Positions 1 through 10,635 of a stretch of DNA of 64,000 nt are shown here, piece after piece (the stretch's first letter is position 1; each line of letters begins with the position of its first letter). The stretch covers positions 16,370,001 to 16,434,000 of the forward strand of contig NC_087437.1 of the NCBI RefSeq assembly GCF_036321535.1, in the 5' to 3' direction. The position numbers were made by a program, and so were the translations under genes. This DNA is from Camelus dromedarius. Its lineage: Eukaryota. Under the pieces are notes generated by a model. The model made no database searches and was not told the origin of the DNA. It saw nothing but the letters and a program-made list of their open reading frames with translations.

Positions 1-173
1 AAGGCCAAAGACCTCGAAGAAGCGTGCAACGTCGGAAATTGTCACTGACACTAAGCTTAAGGTGGAGCCAGAGAGATAAATCATTATCATTTAAGCCCTG
101 AACGTTTTTATACATACTGTCTTTGCAATATTTCCATAGAATGAGCAAATAAATCACCCTGCTCTTGACATTT

Positions 174-256
174 TTAATAACTTTAAGAATGTGGTTAGGG
201 TAATACTTAACTTTATTGACATATTGTATGGTTCATCCATCTCATCAAACCTCAAT
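174..256. repeat. Local duplication, copy 1 (pairs with 1281-1363)
   Basis: 83-bp ungapped alignment to 1281-1363 with 8 mismatches; weaker similarity continues ~27 bp further. Confidence 0.9.
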
Positions 257-654
257 GAGACTTCAATGAATATTAACTGAGGAGGACCCATAACGTACAA
301 GATGCTGCCTGGAGAATCCCCTAGGAAGTCACTGTCCAGCCCCCAGGAGTTCTTCCTCATTGGCTCGACTGCTGTCTGTGGAAACTGACAGCCCATCAGG
401 CAAGACTGGATGGAGCTGGATGTAGAGACTGTTTTGATTCTAGCCAGGGGATTTGGTTCACTGGGTTTGGGGGGAAAACTACTTCTTGAACTCTGGCTCC
501 TTGAGAGTGTTCTCAGGGTTCAGAATCTCCCTTGAGCATTAGACACAGACATGATGGATGCAAAGAAGATAGGATGGAATGCCACTCAACAGCCACACCT
601 CAAAGACAGTAGAGGTGGCCACAGTATGTCCTGCTGGAATGCAATCTCACCTGG

Positions 655-790
655 TCCCTGATTTCACAGGACGGGAGACAGAGGCCCAGGGTGGAACCTT
701 AACCTTACCAAAGTCATGTCACTCTCTTACAGCAGAGCTAGAACTAGGAGCCAAGTGTCTTGATTTTCAAGCTGACACCATTTTCAGTGG
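655..790 (-). mobile_element. MIR SINE fragment
   Basis: gatttcacaggacgggagacagaggcccag...cagagctagaactaggagccaag resembles the reverse-complement MIR core. Confidence 0.65.
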
Positions 791-959
791 TAAGTGATAA
801 AGGTGGCATATTTTACAAAGTGGGTAGGGGAATAAAAAGGAATGGTGTCAAATAATTCTAGGAGTAACAATGATACTATCTGACCCATTCTTAAACCCTG
901 CCTCTAGGAGACACTCAACAGTAGCTTCTCAAACGCACACATTTCCTCTCATCCCCCGG

Positions 960-1455
960 ACTTCTTGGAACTTTGCCTTCGCAAAAATACTCTCACCTCC
1001 AACCCTCTTCTCTGAGCCATTCTTACTAGTTCTCCAGGTCTCAACTAGGACATCACTGTCTCCAGAAAGTTTCCCCTGGTCCCTCAAATCTGGGCTGGGT
1101 GCCCGGCTATATATTTGTAAGGTCCCCCAGCCCCTACCCCTTGTCTTCCATCACAGCTCCTGCCACAGTTCACTGCAATTGTCTTTTACTTGTCTGCCTT
1201 TTCCAATCTTCTGTGACCCTCTGGAAGGCAGGGACTCTATCTGTCTTGCTCACTCAAACTTGTCTCCCTAGACCCTAAAGTTAATAACTCTAAGAATGTG
1301 ATTAAGGTAATACTCAACTTTATTGATATGGTGTACGGTTCATCCATCTCATCAAACCTCAATTAAATCTCAGTGACCATTAAACCAGGACACAGGCAGT
1401 GGTGCCTGGTATAGAGTAGATGCTCAATAAATATTTCAGAGTGCATAAATGAAGA
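960..1455 (+). mobile_element. L2 LINE 3' end, interrupted by the duplicated segment at ~1278-1395
   Basis: ctgtgaccctctggaaggcagggactctatctgtc and cagtggtgcctggtatagagtagatgctcaataaatattt match the L2 3' terminus. Confidence 0.75.
1281..1363. repeat. Local duplication, copy 2 (pairs with 174-256)
   Basis: Direct alignment at offset 1107 bp; TTTATT (minus-strand AATAAA) retained in both copies. Confidence 0.9.
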
Positions 1456-1599
1456 GTGGCCCACGAGCCTCATCAGGGAGAAAATGTCATTAGCCATTCC
1501 TGTCACAGAAGGATCCAATTTCTCCTTCCTTCTGAATACATCCCCGGCTGCTAATCTAAGCATTCCAGAGTAAAACTTAAACTGCCTGAGAAAACATAT

Positions 1600-1940
1600 T
1601 ATAGGCTATGTAAAGATAAGAGAAAGGTACACACAGCTAAATATGCCCCTTCTTATTTATGGGTATAAACTTTACACTCAGAAAACATATCTTCTGTATA
1701 GCAAAAGCCAAGGAAACAAACATCGGACAGAGAAAGAATTTTGCAGCAAACATTGCAGAAATGGCTTAATATCTCTGCTACATAAAGAATTCATATAAAT
1801 CGATTTTTTAAATCAAGACCCCAAGAGATAAGTAGACAAAGGACATGAGTAGACAATGCATATAAAGGGAGCCTTAACTGGCAAATAAAAATACATAAAA
1901 GTATCCAATCTCGGCAATTAAAACAAATTGAGGTATAGGA
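1600..1940 (+). mobile_element. Old L1M ORF2 3' fragment
   Basis: ggcttaatatctctgctacataaagaattc...gacaaaggacatgagtagaca resembles L1 ORF2 C-terminal DNA. Confidence 0.55.
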
Positions 1941-2589
1941 CCTGAGTCCAGAGATAAGAAAAGGTCACTTGCTTCTCTTCCTCACCCAGCCTCACTTACT
2001 CATAGCAAGACTTACCTGCTGTTGCTGCTGTGTTTTAGTGTGCCAGGTGAGTTGTGTTTGAGTAAGAGCACTCAGGACCCACGTAGGCAGAGAGATGCAG
2101 GCAGCAACACACTGACCAGGACCAGGATGTGGATTTTGAGCTGACTGACAATGGAGCAGATGGAAGGCTGGAAAATAACAAGAAGAGAGTTGTGATGGGA
2201 CAGAGGTGACTTTGCTTCTTATAGGATGCAGTGCCTAAAGTGGCTAGCATGGTGCCCAGCGAGTGATACACACGAGCAAACTGTGAAACTGAAAACACAA
2301 GATTGCAAATAGAGGAAATAAATGAATGTTTGGAAATAAGGTGATCAATTTAAATAGGACACAAACCCAGGGGCTTTATAATTTGCTGTCAACTTCCGTT
2401 TTTGGCTTCTTCTACAACCAGCTGCCATGCAGGGTTCCCTCTGGTGCACCCATCAGAAGGGAAATGAGACCTATTAATACTTCATGCCAGCATGGCTGAT
2501 GGGTGCCTGGGAAGTTCAGGAATGTTTCTGGAAAACAAAACAATAACAAAAATAATAAGCATATTAAAATTTCAGAAGGTAAAAATATA

Positions 2590-2665
2590 AGTACATTATG
2601 CTGTACACCTTAAACTCATACAGTGATGTATAGCAATTATATCTCAACAAAATTGGGGTAAAGAA
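2590..2665 (+). mobile_element. L1MB-type 3' tail
   Basis: cattatgctgtacaccttaaactcatacagtgatgtatagcaattatatctcaacaaaa. Confidence 0.7.
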
Positions 2666-3159
2666 GTTAAATAAAAATAGCCTTCAGTTTGGCAAGCTTG
2701 GAACAGTGTAAATATAAGCGCAACATTTTTGGTAAGTAGTCCAATCATATTTATCAAGCACCATATATCAGTGACTGTGGCAATAATGCTGTGTAACAAA
2801 TGACCTCGAAAATCTCAGAAATGAAGATTCCCCAGGGGCCTAAGGTGGAAACAGTATTGTAGTCTAAGGCATCCCATGACTGTCAAGGGGGAGCACTGAG
2901 TTCCCCAAATGATTCCTCATCTCATTGATTGGTGAACCCTGCCTGCTTGCATAATCACCTGGGTCTTAAGATCCAATGATTCATTTTTGGAGCATCACAT
3001 ATGATTCTGTCTACCTGGGCAAAGGAGGTAACACAGCAGATCTATAGCCAAAGCAAGAAGGGGCGGCCGTCCAGCTGATAGGCTCCTACTCTTAGCTCAA
3101 AGGGCAATGGGTAGATTTCAACTGATTTCTCCTAAATGCACACTAAGACTTCATTGAAA

Positions 3160-3310
3160 GAAAATTTATGGAGTGATAGAAATGTCCTATATTTTGAATG
3201 AGATCAAACAGGTATGGACATCTGTGAAAATTCATTAAAATTGCATTTAAAATATGTGCATTGTATAGTATGTGACTGATTCCTCAGTAAAGTGGATGAA
3301 AAAATAAAAC
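3160..3310 (+). mobile_element. L1MB/ME-type 3' tail
   Basis: ggagtgatagaaatgtcctatattttg...tgtgcattgtatagtatgt...cctcagtaaagt followed by an A-rich end. Confidence 0.7.
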
Positions 3311-3422
3311 CTTGTTGAAAATCATCTTACTATATTTTAAAATTTGTATTCTAGAAAACTGATTTTTTTCTGGAAATAGGCTGGCAAAATTAGTTGAATC
3401 AAAAAATATTTATAGTTTTTCT

Positions 3423-5452
3423 ACTTCTGGCCAAGATGAAATAACAGGGGCTAGATTAAACCTCCTGTCTGAAATAAACATTTTTTCCAAGTGAAGGAAC
3501 AGTTTCAAGACACTAGATATCAAGACAGTGACGCATGGGAGACAGGAAACAAATGAGGCAAGTTTTATGATCATCCCCAACTTCCTAGAAAGTGTTTCCA
3601 GACCAACTGGGGAGTAAGAAGAGGGGATCAGGCAGAACCCAATGGACTTCCTGAGTTTAGGGGGCAGAGCTGAGATCTCAGGAGACCAAAGCAGCTAGGG
3701 TTCACAGGACAGAGAGAAGAAGTCTGAACAGAGAGAAAACCCAGGAGATGTATGAGGATCCTGCTTGAATATTCATCGGAGTACTGGATGATGGCCCACG
3801 TGTGGGGAAACTACCCAAGTCTAAGAAGAGAATCACCAGAAAAGATTAGAGATAACAGAGTCTGGTGTCCACACAGGGCCAGGGATCATGCCTGTTCCCA
3901 CCAGCAAAACTGGAAAAGCTCATAATTCACAGAGTGTGATACAGAATACTCACAAAAAGCCTGCCTCAGTGGTGGGGAGTCATTAGCCCTAGACTAAATG
4001 CAGCTTTGGTCTCAGTTAACAAATGTGAAAAACAGGAACCTAAAGGATCAAACCGTTTTCAAGTCATGTAACTGCATCCCAGAACAAAGTTCTAGAATAT
4101 TTATAGAAATATAAAACTATTCAGCACCCAACAAAGGAAAAAGAAATTTGTTTCATGGTAATAAAGAGCTCAGTTCATCAAGAGGGCATAACAATACTAA
4201 ATTTTCATGTTCCAAACAACAGAACTTCAAAAAACAGGAAACAAAACTTGATTAAAAAAAACAAGGAGCAAAAGTCACAATTTCTTGTTGGGTTTGATAT
4301 CCTCTCTCCTTGATAGAACAAGGAGACAGAAAATCATTAAGGACACACAAAACTTGAACACAAGTAACCAACTTGACCAATTGGCATTTGTAGAATACTC
4401 CCAATTCAACAGCAGAATACACGTTTTTCTTAAGTATATATGAAACCTATCCATAAAACAAGTCTCAAAGAATGTCTGGGATATAAAATATCTTAAATTT
4501 GAAATTTTTGATTTAGAAAAAAATCTCAACATTGAAAAAGAATTCATACAATGTACATGTTCTGACTAAAATTGAGTTAAATTATAAATCAATAACAGAA
4601 AGATCTCTGAAAAATTACCAAATATTTGAAAAATAAATCGCCATAGATCAAAAAAATAAAAGTGCAATTAGAAAGTATTTTGAACTGGAAGTAACTATAT
4701 GATCAACTTCAATTGATGCAGAAAAAGCATTTGACAAAATCAACACATTCATTTCTGAGAAAAAATTTCAGCAAACTAAGAATAGAACAGAACTTCCTCA
4801 ATATTATAAAGAGCAAATTTGGAAACTCTATAGTTAATATCATACTTACTTGTGAAAGACTGAATGTTTTTTGCCTAACATGGAGAATAAGACAAAGATA
4901 TCCAGTCTCACCACATGTATTTAGCTGCTTCCTACAGTTCTAGCCAGCTGAATAAGGCAAGAAGAAGTAAATCATCTAGATGGGAAAAGAAAAATTAAGA
5001 GTGTATTCATTCACAGATAACATGATCATCTATGTAAAAAATTCAATGAAAGCTACAAAAAAGCTATTAGAACAAATGAGTGAGTTTACAAAGGTTTCAG
5101 GATGTAAGATCAATATACAAAAATCAATTTTATCTCTATATACTAGCAACAAACAATTGGAAGTTGAAATTTAAAAATCAATACCATTTAGAATAGCAAA
5201 AAATTTAACTACTTAGAGATAAATCTCACAAAAGCTGTGAAAAACCTGTATCTATACAATTAAAAGTAAAAAACATTGTTGAAATTAAAGATGACCTAAA
5301 TAAATAGAGTGATTCTGTGTTCATGAATCAGAAGACTCAATATTGTTAAGATGTTAAATCTCCCAAATTGATCTAAAGATTCAGTGTAGTCCCAATCAAA
5401 TCCCAGCAGGCTTTTTTGTAGAAATTGACAAACTGATTATAAAAATGTATAT
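3423..5452 (+). mobile_element. Old L1M element: 5' UTR plus decayed ORF2 (endonuclease/RT) with internal deletions
   Basis: Starts acttctggccaagatg (L1 5' end motif); gatgcagaaaaagcatttgacaaaat and ORF 4980-5174 (FTDNMIIYVKN...KINIQKS) are L1 RT-like. Confidence 0.85.
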
Positions 5453-6090
5453 GATGTTAACCCCATATCAGATAAATGGTTTGCAGATACTTTTCTCCCA
5501 TTCTGTAGATAGCCTTTTTGTTTTGTTGATTATTTCCTTTGATCTATGGAAGCTTTTTAGTTTGATGTGATCCCACTTGTTTATTTTTGCTTTTGTTGCT
5601 TGTGTTTTCTGTGTCATAATTCAAAAAATCATTGTCAAGGAGTTTTTCCTCTGTGTTTTCTTCTAAGGGTTTAATGGTTTCATGTCTTACATTTAAGTTT
5701 TTAATCCATTTTAAATAAATTATTGTATGCAGTGTAAGATAAGGGTCCAATTTCATTCTTTTGCACACAGACATACAGTTTTTCCAACATTATTTATCAA
5801 AAAGTTTGTCTTTTCCCCACAGTGTATTCTTGGCAGCCTTATCAAAGATTAGTTGACTGTGTATGAATAGGTTTATTTCTGGACTCTTGATTCTGTTCCT
5901 TTGGTCTATGTGTCTGTTTTTATGCCAGTATCATACTCTTTCAATTACGATAGCTTTGTAATATACTTTGAAATCAAGAAGTGTGATGCCTCCAGCTTTG
6001 TTCTTCTTTCTCAAGATTGCTTTGGCTATTTGGGGTCTTTTGTGGTTCCATATAAATTTTAGGGCTGTTTTTTCTGTCCTTGTGAAAAAT
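5453..6090 (-). mobile_element. Inverted 5' part of an L1MA-type insertion (ORF2)
   Basis: Minus-strand ORFs give [37 protein letters not shown] and [11 protein letters not shown], both L1 ORF2. Confidence 0.9.
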
Positions 6091-6112
6091 AGCAAAAAAC
6101 AAACAAACAAAC

Positions 6113-6147
<35 letters not shown>

Positions 6148-6530
6148 CCAAATAATATAATTTAAAATGGGCAAAGGATCTGAATAGACATTTTTGCAAA
6201 GAATATTTACAAACAGCCAACAGGTATATGAAATGATGCTCGACAACACTAATCATCAGGGAATTGCAGATAAAAGTCACAATGAGACATCACCTTACAC
6301 CTATTAGGATGGCTATTATCAGAAAGACAAGAGATATTAAGTATTGATGAGGATGTGGAGAAAAAGGAACTCTTGTACACTGTCGATGGGAATGCAAATT
6401 GGTACATCTACTATAGAAAACAGTGTGACAGTTCCTCAAGAAATTAAAAATAGAACTAACATATGATACTGCAATCTTACTTCTGACATATAGCCAAAGA
6501 AAATGAAATCAATATTTCAAAGAAATATGT
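6087..6530 (+). mobile_element. Forward 3' part of the same L1MA-type insertion
   Basis: aaaatgggcaaaggatctgaatagacattt...gttcctcaagaaattaaaaatagaact continues ORF2 just after the inverted block's end. Confidence 0.85.
6114..6144. repeat. (AC)~15 microsatellite
   Basis: Seen directly. Confidence 0.97.
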
Positions 6531-6589
6531 ATTATGTATAATATATGTAAAATAATTGTACATATATAAAATATGTGGAAATAAAATGT

Positions 6590-7320
6590 CTATGCACCTA
6601 TTAGAATGGCTGAAATTCGAAACACTGATGGTAGCCAGTGCGATGAAGATTTGGAGCACATGGAACTCTCATACATTGCAGATGAGAATGTAGGTACAAC
6701 CACTTCAGAAAACAATTTTGGATTTCAAAATTCAAGCATACACCAACTATATGATCCAGTCATTCTTTTCTAAGTTATTTACCCAAGAGAAATGAAAACA
6801 TATGTCCATACAAAATCTTGTTAATAAATGTTCATAGCAGTTTTATTTATAAAAGCCAGAAATTGGAAATAGCCCAAACGTCCTTCAATAGGTAAATGGA
6901 TAAACCAGTTGTGGGCCATCCACACAATACTACTCAGCAATAAAAAGGAATGAACTACTGATAGTCACACAACACAGACCAATTTCAAAATACGAATGCT
7001 GAGTTAAAGAAGACGGTAAAAAAAGAACACGTGCTATATGATTCTATTCACATAAATTTTAGAAAATGCAAATTAATCTAAAGACATCAATCACATCAGT
7101 GGTTGCCTGGGGAACACTGGGATTAGGTAAGGGTGGGTGGAGGAATGGATTACAACCCTTTGGGGAAACTTTTGGGGGTGATGGATATGTTCATTATTTT
7201 TATCGTGGTGATGGTTTCACAGGAGAACACATATATCAAAACTTATCAAATTGTACTTGTTTAAAATGTACAATTCAGTGTGCATCAAGGGTAGATCAAT
7301 AAAGCTGTTAAAAAAGAAAA
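6590..7320 (+). mobile_element. L1MB/MC-type ORF2 end and 3' UTR (resumption of the host L1)
   Basis: cacctattagaatggctgaaatt...gggggtgatggatatgttcattat...caataaagctgttaaaaaag. Confidence 0.85.
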
Positions 7321-7390
7321 CAAAATTTATTAAAGTGCAAGGGAATAGCAGCAGCTTAAAGAAACAGTGCACTTCTGCCTTACTGGTTTT

Positions 7391-7444
7391 GCTATGCTAT
7401 GTTATGCTATGTAATGTTATGTTATATTATATTGTTATGCTATG
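7391..7444. repeat. Degenerate (TATGY)n pentamer simple repeat
   Basis: gctatgctatgttatgctatgtaatgttatgttatattatattgttatgctatg. Confidence 0.85.
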
Positions 7445-8264
7445 AACGTTTTTTAAAGATACTATTTAAAAGAGTGAGGAATCATGGAAGAATTCTCAGA
7501 CAATGGGAATGGAGGAAATAGGCGTAGGCTTCTTGCATGACACCTAACTTCCTCAGGTTGGTCTGGAGACGGGAGATGGAATGAGAAGTCAGAAAGGGTG
7601 GATAGTATCTGATGGCTGTTCAGAGAGGGAGGAAAATCAACCGAGGAAACCCTGCCATCACTTCTCACAGCCTAAGAAGAGATCCCAGGGTGGAAAGTGG
7701 CAGAGAAAACCTACTAGGAGTTTAATAGATGCTGCAGGCCTTCCTAATCCAGCTTGCCCTAAATTCCCAGGGCTTCACGAAAATTCGGAGAGAAACCAAG
7801 CTCTATAAATTTTCTGAGCAGCTTAATTCAGTATCTCCAAATGATTTTGACTGCAATCCCCTCTTGGAAAGAAAAAAATCTGAGATGTGCTTTGTGAATA
7901 TGGCCACTTACTAGTAGATTACATGCCTGTACTCCTATCCTGCTATATTATGTTGATTTTAAAATGGGCATTAAGAAGTAGACATATAAAAAGTAAAAGA
8001 CAAAAACAAAAATCAGAGTTATAACATTTTATTCCACATTCCAGATCATCTTGTGTACTGGGGAACCAGACCTCACTTAGGAGACCACTGAGGTAAATAA
8101 AGCATTCTAGTCATATCTGGTGGAAGGGAATAATCAGATGTGGCAGACTGTGATAAAATTAAGAAAAATCAAAATATTTGTGATAGCAAAGCATTGGAAG
8201 AGATTAGCCTAGCCAAAGGAGAATAACTTGTCAGATTTATAAGCATTTGACAGACTATTAAGCA

Positions 8265-8535
8265 ACTGTTCAAAATAAATTTTCAAGGAATATTCCCCAT
8301 CATGTAAAAATGTTCATGATGTGGTATTACATGAGGAAAATCAATGCATGACACTCAAGAAGTTTCCAATTTTGTAAAAAGAAAAAAATATATACAATAA
8401 TATCACAGAAAAAAAAACTGAGAAGAAATGTATTGAGATGTGGTTAAATTGTTAAAGGATAAATTACTTTATCCTTTCAGTATTTTCCAAATGCTCTACT
8501 TGAACACTTTCCGCTTTATAATCATAAAAACACAT
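8265..8535 (+). mobile_element. Old L1ME-type 3' UTR fragment
   Basis: catgtaaaaatgttcatgat...gtattttccaaatgctctac...ctttataatcataaaaa. Confidence 0.55.
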
Positions 8536-8751
8536 AATTTTGTAAAGAAAGCATCACAAACAAATAACTCCATTAGGCAGGAAAAAGTGGTGACACTGAG
8601 GAAGCACCTACAATTCTGGTGAGAGGTTAGGAAGCTTAGAAAGAAATTTTTTAAATAAAAAATCAGAACCCTTTAAGTGTCATGTAAAGGCTTCTGGGTT
8701 CTCAGTAATTGCAAACAACCGGGACCTACCAGCACTCAGAATATCTGATCA

Positions 8752-8880
8752 CTCCATTCATCTGCCGACACCCATCCAGCATGCAAGGATGACACAAAAG
8801 CTCTAGGGGGATGCTGGGAATAGAAAGATGCATCGGATGCAGGCAGCCCTGCCCTGGGAGGTTTTCTCAGTCAGTGTCCT
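8752..8880 (-). mobile_element. L2 3' end fragment
   Basis: cattcatc...gatgctgggaatagaaagatg...ccctgccctgggagg...cagtcagtg. Confidence 0.5.
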
Positions 8881-9225
8881 GTGTTACCAGGTTATTATCA
8901 GAAAAGGAAAGCAAAAAATATTTTTCCTCCTTTACACAAAGCAGCTTTTTTTGTTTTTCTGGAAAACAGGATGACTGAGGGATATCTGGCCACCACAACC
9001 CAGAAAAGTAGGACAACTTGAGATTCTAGAAGGATAAATAAAAGGAGACTATCAGACAGGCTGAAAGGGTATGGTCTTCTGTCTGAAGGTTGAGAAGGGA
9101 AGGGATTTGGATCCACATAACCAGGGAACTTCAGGACCCATGGGGCATAGGCTTAACTCACCAAATTCCAAAACTCTGTGACTAGGAGATGTCCTATGAA
9201 ATGTGATCCAGGTTTAGTCCCAGAC

Positions 9226-9365
9226 ATAAAAGGAAGCAATTTCTCTCACAGTGAGTAATAAACGGATTGGAACTTATTGGAATTCATCACCCCCAAGGGG
9301 TAGTGCTGGCAGGAAATATAAATGCCTTCCAAAAGCTTCGGACAAATTTATGAATGATAGAGTTG
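9226..9365 (+). mobile_element. CR1-family (Plat_L3-like) 3' fragment
   Basis: aaaaggaagcaatttctctcacag...ggaattcatcacccccaagggg...aaatataaat...ggacaaatttatgaatgatag. Confidence 0.65.
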
Positions 9366-10494
9366 TACATGACCTCTCTTGCTCACTTTCTCTCGTTCTT
9401 TCTCAAGGAGACACCGTCCTTAGAGCCTGAGCCCGTGTTTGCCCTAAAAGTTGCTACCCAGATTTCCCCTAACAGCAGGGCAAGGTCAATCCCCCACTCT
9501 GTGCTTCCTTAGCTCTCTGAGTTTAACTGGAGATCGCCCTAACCACACTGCATTATGGGTCCCCGTGGCCCCACTAGGCTGTCATATCAACAAGGGCAGA
9601 ACTGAGCAGGGGATCAACAAACATGGGTTGAAAGAAACCATTGTGGACTCCAGCCCTCTTTGTTAGAGGGAGCAGCCTGGAAGAACACCGCACTGCTTTT
9701 AAACAGGGCCAACTCGTGAGAGTTTTTTATACTGGCAGGAGGGTTGATTTCTCTCTGTCCCTCACTCTCCACTGCACCCCCACACCCACCCCCACAACCA
9801 AGCATTCCCAGAGCAGGAAATGTGGTTGCACGGCAGAAAGTGTGGGCCACTTAGGGTGCCCTCTCAGAGGAACACCACCGAGTGAAGTCGTACAAGAGCG
9901 TCTGGAGGAAGAGACGACCCTGGAGATCCTGGGGGACTGATGTCTGGAGAACTCTCCACCCCCCTCTTATCATCCCCCAGACTTGCTCGCCAGACAGCTC
10001 TGCTATCCAGCATTGTGGGCTTTTGAGCTCTGATTTGCAAGTCAATTCCCTGGGAATTTCATGATAAAATACACTCCACTCAGTTATGTCAAGGACACCG
10101 TCTCCTATATCTCCTCTAAAACCTTGTTTAATAACATTAGTCTTCCCCTATGTGTGCCAAGATTTTTTAGCTTGAGGATGGAGGGATTTTAATTTATTTT
10201 TCCATTAATGGTCAAGATCCACACTAAACCTGTAAATATTGTTTCTATAAACGCAGTGCAGCACTAATTTTTAATGCAAATAAATAAACGGAGGGAGCAA
10301 TTCAGAGACAGTTTGCCCCAACAGAGCTTTTGCAAATCTCTTGCATTTCGGCTTAGGAGAAAACAGAGTGGAACACTTTATATTCTGTTAAGTTGCAGGG
10401 ATCAGCTAGGGTCCAGTTTCCTCATTCTTGGGATTTCTCAAGGATATACAGGAGGGAGGAAAGATAAATCAAAAGTAGAGATCACAACACTGTA

Positions 10495-10635
10495 CAATTT
10501 TTAAAGTTGGAAAAGATCTTGGGGATTTTCTACTAAAAGTCTTTTGTTTTATAGGTGGGAAATGTGGTCACAGAATGAGTAAGCCCTGCCTGGGGACATA
10601 TGGCCCAGGAGTACCTGTGCAAAGTCCAGAAATGG
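10495..10635 (-). mobile_element. MIR3/MIRc-like fragment
   Basis: aagttggaaaagatcttggggattttcta...ttttataggtgggaaatgtggtcacaga. Confidence 0.55.

Noticed and set aside
154..520. Open minus-strand frame near the duplicated polyA segment as a terminal coding exon
   Set aside because: The peptide is unrecognisable and the frame runs through the AATAAA, which does not fit a normal last coding exon.
8970..9945. Pseudogene of a GHRH/PACAP-like or guanylin-like peptide precursor
   Set aside because: Only exon phase and a few residues (GSSLEE; QERLEE) resembled recalled sequences. The mature-peptide motifs are absent, so this is probably coincidence.
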